A stretch of 63,512 nt of DNA, counting the filler, from an uncultured Chlamydiae bacterium (GTDB lineage Bacteria > Chlamydiota > Chlamydiia > Chlamydiales > SM23-39): assembly GCA_937899275.1 (NCBI GenBank). It is 4 parts of 4 records of this genome, joined end to end, with 100 filler letters (N's around TTAATTAATTAA, not from the genome) between each part and the next. Parts side by side here need not be neighbours in the genome. Positions count along the whole stretch, not along the records: positions 1 to 27,006 come from CALBPE010000011.1; positions 27,107 to 28,828 come from CALBPE010000012.1; positions 28,929 to 49,663 come from CALBPE010000014.1; 1 more part is not named here. One strand, 5' to 3'. The notes under the pieces were generated by a model. It was not told the origin of the DNA. It did no database searches and saw only the letters and a list, made by a program, of their open reading frames with translations. The translations under genes were made by a program, and so were the position numbers. Below, one piece after another: positions 21,421 to 30,937 of this stretch (positions are counted from its first letter, which is position 1; each line of letters begins with the position of its first letter).

Positions 21421-22497
21421 ATGGCGCAAAAAACAGAAAAAGCTACTCCGAAAAAACTCAAAGACGCTCGTAAAAAAGGCCAAGTTGCTAAAGCGCAAGA
21501 TTTCCCATCTGCGCTTACCTTTGTTACGTCTATTATGGTCACGCTATATGCCACAGGTTTTATCTTTGAGCATGTAGGCGGCTTTATGATCCATATGTTT
21601 CGAGCTGTGAGAAATGACCGGCAAATTGCACAAGTTGCCCCATCGTTTCTATACCAAGCTTTGGAAACTATTTTACTCGTTTCTCTTCCCATCGCTCTTT
21701 TAGTGGCTTCTGTAGGAGTATTGGTAAATTTTCTGGTTATCGGGCCTGTATTTTCTTTTGAAGCGATGAAGTTTCAGTTCAAAAAACTCAATCCAATAGA
21801 AGGCATCAAACAAAAATTTAAGCTCAAGGTGTTAGTAGAGCTTTTGAAGTCGATTGGAAAAATCATTGGCGCAGGAGTCATCATTTATCTCACCATGCGC
21901 TCCATGTTAGCAGAAACGCTATCTGCAGCTGCTATTCCCGTTATAGGATCTGCTATGATCTTAGAGGAATTTTTACGCACTGTGACCATCCGCATCGGTG
22001 TGTTTTTCCTGCTCATCGCGATTTTTGATCTGGCCTTTCAAAAGAAAAATTTTTCCAAAGAAATGATGATGGAAAAATTTGAGGTAAAACAAGAATACAA
22101 AGATACAGAAGGAAACCCTGAAATTAAGGGGAAAAGAAAACAAATTGCACGAGAAATCGCCTACCAAGATGGTCCAAATGCCGCAGGAAGAGCAAGAGCT
22201 ATTGTCACCAACCCCACACATATCGCAGTAGCATTAGGTTATGATGAAGAAAAAGATCCTGCACCGAAGATTTTAGTCATGGGAAGAGGACGCATTGCCG
22301 AGGCGATTATTCAAGTGGCAACAAAAGAACAGATCCCCATCATGCGCAATCCAGAACTCGCAAGGGAGCTGTATTATAAGGGGGAACCTGATGACTATGT
22401 ACCTGAAGATACCTATGAAGCAATTGCTGAGGTGATCAAATGGTTAGCTTCTCTTGAAAAAGAAGCAACCGACGCAAATATGGAGCTATTTAAATGA
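21421..22497 (+). CDS. sctU: T3SS export apparatus switch protein SctU (CdsU)
   Basis: KTEKATPKKL, four transmembrane segments, EVKQEYKDTEGNP and the NPTH autocleavage motif. Confidence 0.95.
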   Translation: MAQKTEKATPKKLKDARKKGQVAKAQDFPSALTFVTSIMVTLYATGFIFEHVGGFMIHMFRAVRNDRQIAQVAPSFLYQALETILLVSLPIALLVASVGVLVNFLVIGPVFSFEAMKFQFKKLNPIEGIKQKFKLKVLVELLKSIGKIIGAGVIIYLTMRSMLAETLSAAAIPVIGSAMILEEFLRTVTIRIGVFFLLIAIFDLAFQKKNFSKEMMMEKFEVKQEYKDTEGNPEIKGKRKQIAREIAYQDGPNAAGRARAIVTNPTHIAVALGYDEEKDPAPKILVMGRGRIAEAIIQVATKEQIPIMRNPELARELYYKGEPDDYVPEDTYEAIAEVIKWLASLEKEATDANMELFK

Positions 22498-24617
22498 ATA
22501 AATTTTCTAGCGGTTTATTACGTATACTTGGAGGAGACCGCGCCCTTCGAACGATTGCAGGCTCAAGCGACTTATTACTCGCATTTTTGATCATTTGCAT
22601 CATGATGATGCTGATTTTACCCGTATCGCCGCCAGTGATCGATGTACTGATTGCTGTAAATCTTGCTGCTGCGATTTCGTTGATTTTTGTCGCTTTGTAT
22701 ATTCAAAAAGCGGTGCAGCTATCGATTTTTCCCTCTCTTCTTTTAATCACAACGCTATACCGCCTTGGCGTCAACATCTCTTCTACAAGACAAATCCTAC
22801 TCCACGCAAATGCAGGAGAAATCATCCATACTTTTGGAAATTTTGTTGTTGGCGGAAACTACGTTGTAGGAGGCGTGATCTTTTTAATCATCACAATTGA
22901 GCAAAATATCGTTGTCACAAAAGGTGCAGAAAGAGTCGCTGAAGTAGCCGCACGTTTTACGTTAGATGCGATGCCGGGAAAACAAATGAGTATCGATGCT
23001 GATGTGCGCTCTGGTCTTATCGACACGCACCAAGCAAGAGAGCTTCGCCTCATGCTCACCAAAGAAAGTCAGCTCTACGGCGCTATGGACGGCGCCATGA
23101 AATTTGTCAAAGGAGATGCGATTGCAGGTATTGTGATTACGGTCATCAACATCATCGGTGGATTGATCATTGGTGTGTTGATGATGGGCATGTCTTTAGC
23201 GCAGTCGGCAAAAGTATTTTCTCTTTTATCTATTGGAGATGGCCTTGTATCACAAATTCCAGCGCTGATCATTGCGATCACTGCAGGTATGGTCACAACG
23301 CGGGTATCTAGTGAAAAAAAAGATGCGCACTTAGGAAAAGAAATCGCCGATCAAATCCTCAATCAGCCCAAAGCGTTGATGATTGCAGGCGGCGTTCTTT
23401 TATTAATGGCTCTTGTTCCAGGCTTTCCCTCATTTCCATTTGTGATCATCTCGCTTGTGATTATGGCCCTTGGGTTCATTGTCATTATGACAGGAGGAAA
23501 AGTTCTCACAGCGGGAGTGGGCATGGGATCTAGTTCTTCTACTAGCGATGGAGCATCTTCTAGTGAAGGTGATGGAGAAGATTACGCTCTTACGCTGCCT
23601 ACCATCTTAGAAACAGGTATGGAGCTATCAAAAATCATCCGTAAAGACCGGCAAGGTGCAACCTTTATAGAACAGATGATCCCTAAAATGCGCCACGCCC
23701 TCTACCAAGAGCTGGGGGTCAAATTTCCCGGCGTTCATGTGCATACAGAATCCGATAGTATCGATACAGATGAGTACGCCATCCAGTTAAATGAAGTACC
23801 TGTATTACGCGGTAAAGTAGTGTTAGGCCACGTGTTAACAAATGAAACAGAAGATGCGCTTGTCCGCTATAACCTTCCCTATAAAGTCACAAAATCTAGC
23901 CTAGGCATGCCTACTCTTTGGGTAGAGGAACAGCATATTGAAGTATTGGAAAATGCGGGGATAAAGTTCTGGAATATCCAAGAGGTGTTGGTGCTGCACA
24001 TCTCAAAATTCTACCGCCAGCAGGCGAGCGAGTTCATCGGTATTCAAGAAGTAAGAGCGATTTTAGAATTCATCGAAAAATCGTTCCCCGACTTAGTCAA
24101 AGAAGTCACAAGACTTGTCCCTTTACAGAAAATGACCGATATCTTCAAACGATTAGTAGAAGAACAGATCTCCATCAAAGATCTTCGCACCATCTTAGAA
24201 TCGTTAAGCGAATGGGCCCAGTCGGAAAAAGACACCATCCTTCTTACAGAATATATCCGCTCTTCTTTAAAGCGCTACATCTCGTACAAATACTCGCTTG
24301 GACAAACTGTACTCAGCGTCTATCTACTCGATCCAGAAATTGAAGATATGGTACGAGGAGCAATCAAACAAACGTCTGCAGGATCGTACCTTCGACTCGA
24401 TCCCGATTCTGTGCAGCTAATCTTACAATCGATGAGAAATACCATTGTAGCCACGCCTCCAGGAGCGCAGCCCCCTGTTCTTTTAAGCGCCATTGATGTA
24501 AGAAGATTTGTAAGGAAGCTGATTGCAGGAGAGTTCCCCGAGCTGCCCGTGGTATCGTACCAAGAAATCGTACCCGAAGTGCGCATTCAACCAATGGGAC
24601 GTATTCAGCTATCCTAA
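22494..24617 (+). CDS. sctV: T3SS export gate protein SctV (CdsV/LcrD)
   Basis: TKGAERVAEVAARFTLDAMPGKQMSIDAD, YGAMDGAMKFVKGD and GDGLVSQIPAL motifs. Confidence 0.96.
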   Translation: MNKFSSGLLRILGGDRALRTIAGSSDLLLAFLIICIMMMLILPVSPPVIDVLIAVNLAAAISLIFVALYIQKAVQLSIFPSLLLITTLYRLGVNISSTRQILLHANAGEIIHTFGNFVVGGNYVVGGVIFLIITIEQNIVVTKGAERVAEVAARFTLDAMPGKQMSIDADVRSGLIDTHQARELRLMLTKESQLYGAMDGAMKFVKGDAIAGIVITVINIIGGLIIGVLMMGMSLAQSAKVFSLLSIGDGLVSQIPALIIAITAGMVTTRVSSEKKDAHLGKEIADQILNQPKALMIAGGVLLLMALVPGFPSFPFVIISLVIMALGFIVIMTGGKVLTAGVGMGSSSSTSDGASSSEGDGEDYALTLPTILETGMELSKIIRKDRQGATFIEQMIPKMRHALYQELGVKFPGVHVHTESDSIDTDEYAIQLNEVPVLRGKVVLGHVLTNETEDALVRYNLPYKVTKSSLGMPTLWVEEQHIEVLENAGIKFWNIQEVLVLHISKFYRQQASEFIGIQEVRAILEFIEKSFPDLVKEVTRLVPLQKMTDIFKRLVEEQISIKDLRTILESLSEWAQSEKDTILLTEYIRSSLKRYISYKYSLGQTVLSVYLLDPEIEDMVRGAIKQTSAGSYLRLDPDSVQLILQSMRNTIVATPPGAQPPVLLSAIDVRRFVRKLIAGEFPELPVVSYQEIVPEVRIQPMGRIQLS

Positions 24618-24632
24618 ACCACTAGGATTGCT

Positions 24633-25787
24633 ATGAGCCACGAAATTTCCCCTGCCGAAGTTGCTGCTATGGCCCGTCTTCATGCACAAAAGATGGGCTT
24701 AGAACTCAAAAATATGCAGCAAGTGATCGCAAAAGAAAGCCTGCAAGAAGAGCTGGATAAAGGAGATTTCGACAGTTCTATACAGCAGCGTTTCCGCTCA
24801 TTAGAAGAAAAGCTCAAATCGCAGAAAATTAAAGCGGTAGAAAAAAAAGAAGGGGTAGACGAAGAAGATGCCAACATCGTTATTGAAGAAAGTCATCCGT
24901 CAGAGGATTTAGCCCAAGAATTTGAAAAAAATAATCCCGAGCTAAAAACCAAAACGCTTTTGATCTTACGCGATCATATCTCGGTTAAAGACTCCCCTGA
25001 AGAAATTCTAGCTAAAGTCCAAAGCTTTTATCAAGATTATTCGCTTGCTGATGAAGCGCTGCAATTTCTATTAGAAACCACAACAGGCGCTCTTAAAGAA
25101 AATGTAGAAGAAGCCATTGAGCGGTTTCGAGGCACATACCAAAGAGAAATCACAGCGGGGAAAAACATCTTTGCCGACTCAAGAGAGTTTTCAGAAAAAG
25201 GGTTAGGAAGCCCTACAGCGCTTCGCGATATGTACCGCGATATTACAGGAACCGTGCGCCCTCCTTTAACGCTATTTGATGAACTTTTTCAAAATTTTTC
25301 TTATCAAAAAATGGAGACGGTTATTCAATTTCTTTTGTCTTCTTTAGGCTCCGATCTCCGTTCAAAAGGCCCTTCCATCGAGCCTGCAGAGCTTGCAAAG
25401 CTTGTAGCTGACGCAAGAACGTTGCAAGCGATTTTAGGGGTATACCGTTTTTTTCAACAACGTATGGGATTGATCCACCATCAATTAGAGGTGTATGAAA
25501 CCACCATGCCTATGGGTCTTGATTTTACCATGCTAGCAAAAGCTTATATGCAAGCGTTAAAAGAACGGTATCCCTCTCCATTAAAATTTCGTGACCTTGG
25601 TAAATCTTTAGGTGTAAAAAAAGATTTAGCATCAGAAATTGTGATTTTCTCCCAAATGCGCGATGCGGTAAGGCAAGTGGCGCCTAAATTATACAAAGAT
25701 GAGCGGCATAGAAAATCTGTTCTATCCACATGGATTGAGCTATTAGAAGAGCTAGAAGAAGAATATGAAGAAGAGGAAGATGAGTAA
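24633..25787 (+). CDS. copN: T3SS gatekeeper CopN (SctW/LcrE)
   Basis: Follows sctV as in chlamydiae; LGSPTALRDMY, DLRSKGPSIE and RDAVRQVAPKLY blocks; acidic tail. Confidence 0.8.
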   Translation: MSHEISPAEVAAMARLHAQKMGLELKNMQQVIAKESLQEELDKGDFDSSIQQRFRSLEEKLKSQKIKAVEKKEGVDEEDANIVIEESHPSEDLAQEFEKNNPELKTKTLLILRDHISVKDSPEEILAKVQSFYQDYSLADEALQFLLETTTGALKENVEEAIERFRGTYQREITAGKNIFADSREFSEKGLGSPTALRDMYRDITGTVRPPLTLFDELFQNFSYQKMETVIQFLLSSLGSDLRSKGPSIEPAELAKLVADARTLQAILGVYRFFQQRMGLIHHQLEVYETTMPMGLDFTMLAKAYMQALKERYPSPLKFRDLGKSLGVKKDLASEIVIFSQMRDAVRQVAPKLYKDERHRKSVLSTWIELLEELEEEYEEEEDE

Positions 25788-26236
25788 TGGATCTATTTGC
25801 CAAGCTGATTCAAGAACTATCGACGCATTTAGAGATCCCTTTAACGGCAGATGATCAAGACTCTTGTGCGATTTTAGTAGAAAATACCGTGTTGATTAAA
25901 GTAGAAATGAGCCGTAGAGAAAATCAGATTTTACTCGGATGCTCCCTGGGAGAAATACCCCCAGGCAAATACCGAGAAGAGCTTCTAAAAGTTGCTTTAA
26001 AAGAAAATGGAGCCAACTACCCGAATTTAGGCATTTTGGGATTTAACCCGCATAAAAGCGAGCTTATCTTATTTGATCAGCTCAACGCCTCCACCTTAAA
26101 CGGAGAGGCTTTAGCTCATTACTTTCAGATTTTTTTAGATATTGCTCTGAAATGGAATAAAGCGATTGTAAGCGGGGTTTATCCCGACTCTTTACGCGGG
26201 CTTTCTGCTGAAAAAGAAATCAATGTGATCCGTTGA
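25787..26236 (+). CDS. scc1: T3SS class I chaperone Scc1 (SycE/CesT family)
   Basis: 149 aa with LGEIPPGKYRE..LK.ALKEN; lies between copN and malQ. Confidence 0.78.
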   Translation: MDLFAKLIQELSTHLEIPLTADDQDSCAILVENTVLIKVEMSRRENQILLGCSLGEIPPGKYREELLKVALKENGANYPNLGILGFNPHKSELILFDQLNASTLNGEALAHYFQIFLDIALKWNKAIVSGVYPDSLRGLSAEKEINVIR

Positions 26237-26237
26237 T

Positions 26238-27006
26238 ATGCTACAAGATATGATGCAAAACATGCTAACGTATCCCGCATGGAAAAAAATCGGCATACAA
26301 AAACTTCATGGAATCAATACCCCCCTTTTTTCGTTAAGAACAGAGGCAAGTGAAGGTATTGGAGAGTTTATGGACCTAATGCCCTTGATCGATTGGGTGC
26401 AGGGCGTAGGATTTCACATACTACAGATTTTACCTATCAATGATACAGGCTATAGCGCAAGTCCATACAACGCTTTAAGCTCGATTGCTCTCAACCCCAT
26501 CTTTTTACGGCTATCGCTTTTAGAAGATATCCAATCGATTCCTATTTTTTCTGAAACGATCTATAGCTTAAAAAAACTCAACCAAAAACCAAAAGTAGAT
26601 TATAGAGAAGTGCGCCTTACAAAAATGCGCTGTTTGGAAAAGTACGTTGCCCATATAGAAAAAGATCCTTCCTGGAAAAAACGCCTTTTCGATTTTATCG
26701 ATCAGCAACCTTGGGTCAAAACCTACGCGCTTTTTATGGCGTTGAAAAAAAAGAATGGGCAAAGCAGTTGGCTGTATTGGCCCGAAGAGGAAAAAAATCC
26801 CACAAGCTTTACCGATTTATTCGCTATCCATGAAAAAGAGTGTTTGTTTTACGCATTTATCCAACTTTTTTGCTACAGCCAGTGTATTGAAATAAAACGC
26901 TATGCAGAGAAAAAGGGGGTCTATCTTAAAGGAGATATTCCTATTTTACTGAGCCCCGATAGCGCCGATGTATGGGCCGAAAGGGAGAACTTCTCTGTAG
27001 AGGAGG
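26238..27006 (+). CDS. malQ: 4-alpha-glucanotransferase (amylomaltase), truncated by the contig end
   Basis: HGINTPLFSL, GIGEF, QILPINDTG..SPYNALS and LKGDIPIL motifs. Confidence 0.92.
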
Positions 27007-27106
27007 NNNNNNNNNNNNNNNNNNNNNNNNNNNNNNNNNNNNNNNNNNNNTTAATTAATTAANNNNNNNNNNNNNNNNNNNNNNNNNNNNNNNNNNNNNN
27101 NNNNNN
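27007..27106. other. Artificial contig linker
   Basis: N runs around TTAATTAATTAA (stops in all six frames); 100 bp in total. Confidence 0.97.
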
Positions 27107-27271
27107 AATAGTAGCTACAAGGGCGGAAACAGGAGAAAAAATCACTTCTATAGACTGGGCTAGCCATGTGGATATTCTGCTCGCAAACTCTTGCAAAGAA
27201 GAGATTTTGTTTGTTGGAAAGTGGATTTCTTCCACCCTGATTTGGGGAGTAGCCTCTAGAATAGTAGTCAT
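27107..27271 (-). CDS. 5' fragment of a hypothetical protein, truncated by the contig end
   Basis: ATG after an AT-rich intergenic region; the frame is open into the gap. The N-terminus resembles that of 35509..36246. Confidence 0.55.
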
Positions 27272-27667
27272 AAATAAAACTATAGCAATTTAATTATTCT
27301 TTATTTTAATTGTTTTTATATAAAAAATCAATAAAAGCTAATCGATGGATTTTAAAATAAATTTTTTTATCAAGATAGTATTGATTTGTAAAATTTATGA
27401 GATAAAAAAGAGCTAAGTATTTAAGAGTTAAAAGGAAGCCCCTTAGAAACCCGATATGAGGCAGACTGTACCAGCCGCTACGCAGCTACCGGATCGACCT
27501 TATCTGCGATTCAAAACATTTTACAAACGAAAGTCCACCCAGATATCTTGGTAGAGCCAGTAGGTCTTGGCTCAGGCGCAGATCCATAAAGCGCAATTAA
27601 TTAGAAAAGATTTACTAAAAAATGCGGTAGAGATGGAAGAAAGCGAGAAAAAAAGTGTTACCTCTTT

Positions 27668-28828
27668 TTAACTATCTACTTTAAGAAGCTCTTCGAATGA
27701 TTTCCCAAGATCTACGTTCTTAATAACCCGATCAACAATTTTCTCTGTTACTATTAAATTCCAGTTGACGTTATGACCTTGGGTTAACTTATCACATCTG
27801 TTTAAGATTTGGAAAATCTTGTCCCGTGTGGTTGCACAATCTGTATGTCGAGGAAAATTCTCTTCAACTAAGTTCAAATGTTCTTTTGTTTGCAAGTTAG
27901 AACTTATACCCCCATACTTTGCAGCTGTTAAAAGATCGAAAACTAGTCCTACTTTGGGCTTCTTTCGTAAGACAGCGATAACCTCCTTCTTATCTTGCTG
28001 GACAATCGCTACTTCAAGCTGAAATGCAATCGAGGAGGAGTTTAGGATCTCTTTTGAAAAAATTTTTGCGTAGTAGATACGTCTTTCCCTATTTGGAATA
28101 TGTCTAATTCTCCGTAAGAGAGGCTTTTTATAATATGGGTCATTTGCAAAAGCCTGCAGTGAATCGCGATTATTTGCTTTTATGGCATTTTCTACTTTTC
28201 GACTGAGATATTGATCAAGCGCATCTTGGAAATACAGCTGGTCGGTGATAACTGTTGGATCGGGGAGCTCCTTCGCTTTATCTAACACATTAGGCACAGG
28301 CGCGCCTAGAGCTAATGCAAGAAAAGACAAGCTCAAGTTAGACTCTTTTTCTGCAGCTGCGTTCACAGCTACTCTTAGATACTTGTCATCCCATTTGAAG
28401 CGTTTTTGAAATATGGGGTGTTCATTGTCACTGATGTATAGCTTGGTTAGAGCTTGTATCTCTTTTCTAAACCCACTGTTTTTGAATAGAGGCTCTAGGT
28501 TGAAGGGAATAGAAAGCTCGATAAGGTTGTTAAATAGCTGGAAACGCTTTTCTTTATCTTGGATAGACAGCAATTCTCCCGTGATTGCGTCAAGAAGGTG
28601 ATCTGGTATGTCGATGTCTTTGAAAAAAGATAGAGGCATTTTTTTCTGCTTTCGTCCTCCGCCTTCTTCTGACTGCATATTTTGTTCTTCGATAGTAGCC
28701 TCTTTTAAAAACCTTAGCTTTGAAGGGCTGCCTTTGAAAAATGCAAGAGCCATGTAGTTACGTATCTCTTGGTTTTCTATAGGTAAAATATGCGTTCTAA
28801 ATAGGCTTTCAACCGGCTCATTTGCCTC
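27668..28828 (-). CDS. Hypothetical helical protein, probably 5'-truncated
   Basis: 361-aa ORF; the frame stays open for 25 more codons upstream of ATG 28753 to the gap. Confidence 0.65.
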   Translation of the reverse strand, partial: EANEPVESLFRTHILPIENQEIRNYMALAFFKGSPSKLRFLKEATIEEQNMQSEEGGGRKQKKMPLSFFKDIDIPDHLLDAITGELLSIQDKEKRFQLFNNLIELSIPFNLEPLFKNSGFRKEIQALTKLYISDNEHPIFQKRFKWDDKYLRVAVNAAAEKESNLSLSFLALALGAPVPNVLDKAKELPDPTVITDQLYFQDALDQYLSRKVENAIKANNRDSLQAFANDPYYKKPLLRRIRHIPNRERRIYYAKIFSKEILNSSSIAFQLEVAIVQQDKKEVIAVLRKKPKVGLVFDLLTAAKYGGISSNLQTKEHLNLVEENFPRHTDCATTRDKIFQILNRCDKLTQGHNVNWNLIVTEKIVDRVIKNVDLGKSFEELLKVDS

Positions 28829-28928
28829 NNNNNNNNNNNNNNNNNNNNNNNNNNNNNNNNNNNNNNNNNNNNTTAATTAATTAANNNNNNNNNNNNNNNN
28901 NNNNNNNNNNNNNNNNNNNNNNNNNNNN
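28829..28928. other. Artificial contig linker
   Basis: N runs around TTAATTAATTAA. Confidence 0.97.
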
Positions 28929-29713
28929 AAAAGACCTTTACGCATCTCTTCGATTGAAAGTGCCAGCTGGTGATTTTCATCATTGGTGGAAAGAAAAATT
29001 GGGGTATGTAAGTCCCCTTTTTTGATTTTATTTGTGCTGCGGATCAGTTTACAGATCGAAATTGAGAGATGTTTTCCCAAGAAAAAAGAGATAAAAGAGG
29101 CGGTCAATAGAGAAAAAAGGAAAAAACCTACTCCATACAACACGATTTTTCTCATGGAAGAAACCACAATGGTTTTTTTCATACGCACAATCAAGGTAGC
29201 TAAGTAGTTGCCTTCTGCATCGATGATGGGCGCAACACCTAATAGCCAGCGGCCATAACGATCCTCCACAAATCCTTTAGGAGAAAATAGCGCGTTCCAT
29301 GCAATATTTTCTCCTCGAGGACCTTTTTCTACGTATTGAGTTCCTAAAGGGATGGTTTTTTTAGGTTCGATGGGGGCGTCCACAAGAACGACAAGAGTAT
29401 TTCGATCTTTGGGAAAAACTAAAGTAATCTCTTCGATCAATACTTGATGTTTTCTTTGGATATCTCTTTCTTTATTGAGAATCGTTTGTATTTTCCGATA
29501 AGCGGGAAGTTTATCGTCCTGTGTGTAGCGAATTTGCTTTACATATGTAGGGTCTAAAAGAGTAGACAAACTGGCTGCAACGGTTAAGGCTTGGCTAGAA
29601 AACGCCCGAAAGATAACGCCTCTGACTTCAATAAGAATAGGCAAAATCGAGCCAAATGCGGCAAAAAAGGCGATGAAGAGAAAGCTAAGATAGAGCTTAA
29701 ATCGGTATTTCAT
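28929..29713 (-). CDS. Membrane sensor protein with HAMP domain; output domain lost at the contig end (cyclase, phosphatase or kinase possible)
   Basis: Transmembrane segment, extracytoplasmic region (EDRYGRWLLGVAPI), second transmembrane segment, then HAMP-like IKKGDL...NDENHQLALSIEEM. Confidence 0.75.
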
Positions 29714-29776
29714 ATGCTAATGGGTAAATTGACATTTCCATTTACCCATAGCAAAAATCAGAATTTTCTAAAGGGA

Positions 29777-30280
29777 TTACGGCGCTTTTTTTAGATCTTT
29801 CTGTATTTTTTCCAAACCCTTCTCCATTAACTGCAGGTCAATTCCTTTAGATAGACTTTGGCAGATATTGAGGAAGTCATCTCGGATTAAACCGCCGATT
29901 TTATCGGCATACAGATACGCTTCGTCTAAAAGAGGACTCAGAGCTTTGAAATCTTGTTCTACATGGGAAAAAGAATCAATTTTCAACCCTTCAATACTGA
30001 CAAACGCATTGAGCCTTTCTGTTTCATCTTTTGTAGAGCACATTTTTTCTTGTTGGTGGTCAATTTTTTCTTGGACCATAAGCTGCTTTTTCTGAATGGT
30101 ATGGATACATCCAATTGCTTTATGAATCACATCATGTAAAAGCTCTTTGTTTGTACGCGAAGAGTCTACTTTCTTAGGAGAAGATGTACGAGCTTTAGGA
30201 GGGCTATTTTTTCTAGCGGCAGCTCTTTTTTTTTGAATAGCTCCTTTCGAGGAGACTTTTTTGGGGGGCCTTTTACTCAT
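29777..30280 (-). CDS. Hypothetical protein with a Lys/Arg/Pro/Ser-rich N-terminus
   Basis: 167-aa ORF: basic N-terminal 40 residues followed by a helical or coiled-coil region. Confidence 0.6.
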   Translation of the reverse strand: MSKRPPKKVSSKGAIQKKRAAARKNSPPKARTSSPKKVDSSRTNKELLHDVIHKAIGCIHTIQKKQLMVQEKIDHQQEKMCSTKDETERLNAFVSIEGLKIDSFSHVEQDFKALSPLLDEAYLYADKIGGLIRDDFLNICQSLSKGIDLQLMEKGLEKIQKDLKKAP

Positions 30281-30439
30281 TTTTACTTCCTAAAACGTTA
30301 CAGGATTTATCTTACAAAATTTATTTTACATGTCAACGGGTATTTAAAAAAGCGCCCGCATCAGAAGTTCATTGTACTGAATTGCTTAATAATACTCTAT
30401 CGTGGTTTACTAAGAAAAAAATTGATCACGCGAGGCATT

Positions 30440-30937
30440 ATGGCAAAACTCACACTGAAAGGCTCTACCATCCACACATCGGGCAATCTACCTGAAAAAG
30501 GTAGCATAGCGCCTGACTTTACCTTAGTCAATGCTGAGCTAGAACATACCTCGCTTCAAGATTTTGACCATAGAAAAAAGATGCTTTACTTTGTGCCGAG
30601 CTTCAATACCCCTGTATGTGGAAAAACCATCCGCGTTTACAGTGAAATGGCCAAAGAAAAACCCGACGTCATTTTCTTTGTAATATCAGCAGATCTTCCA
30701 TTTGCTCAGAAAAATTTCTGCACTCAAGAGTCTATCGCTAACTTGGTGGTACTATCCACATTTAGATCGAAAGATTTCTCTCAAAACTATGGCATTTATA
30801 TCGTGGATGGGCCTTTAGAGGGCCTTTTAGCCAGGGGATTTATGGTGCTAGATGGAGAAAACCGGGTTCTTCTTAGTGAAATTGTGCCAGAAATCACCGA
30901 TGAACCAAACTTTACCTCTGCATTTTCCCTATTGTAA
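30440..30937 (+). CDS. tpx: Thiol peroxidase (atypical 2-Cys peroxiredoxin)
   Basis: APDFTL, PSFNTPVC, ISADLPFAQKNFC and GPLEGLLAR motifs; ATG at 30440. Confidence 0.9.
   Translation: MAKLTLKGSTIHTSGNLPEKGSIAPDFTLVNAELEHTSLQDFDHRKKMLYFVPSFNTPVCGKTIRVYSEMAKEKPDVIFFVISADLPFAQKNFCTQESIANLVVLSTFRSKDFSQNYGIYIVDGPLEGLLARGFMVLDGENRVLLSEIVPEITDEPNFTSAFSLL

Noticed and set aside
27430..27590. 6S RNA or SRP RNA
   Set aside because: The SRP GGAA-loop/AGCAG motif is absent and I could not find convincing end-to-end pairing for 6S. It is kept only as an unexplained segment.
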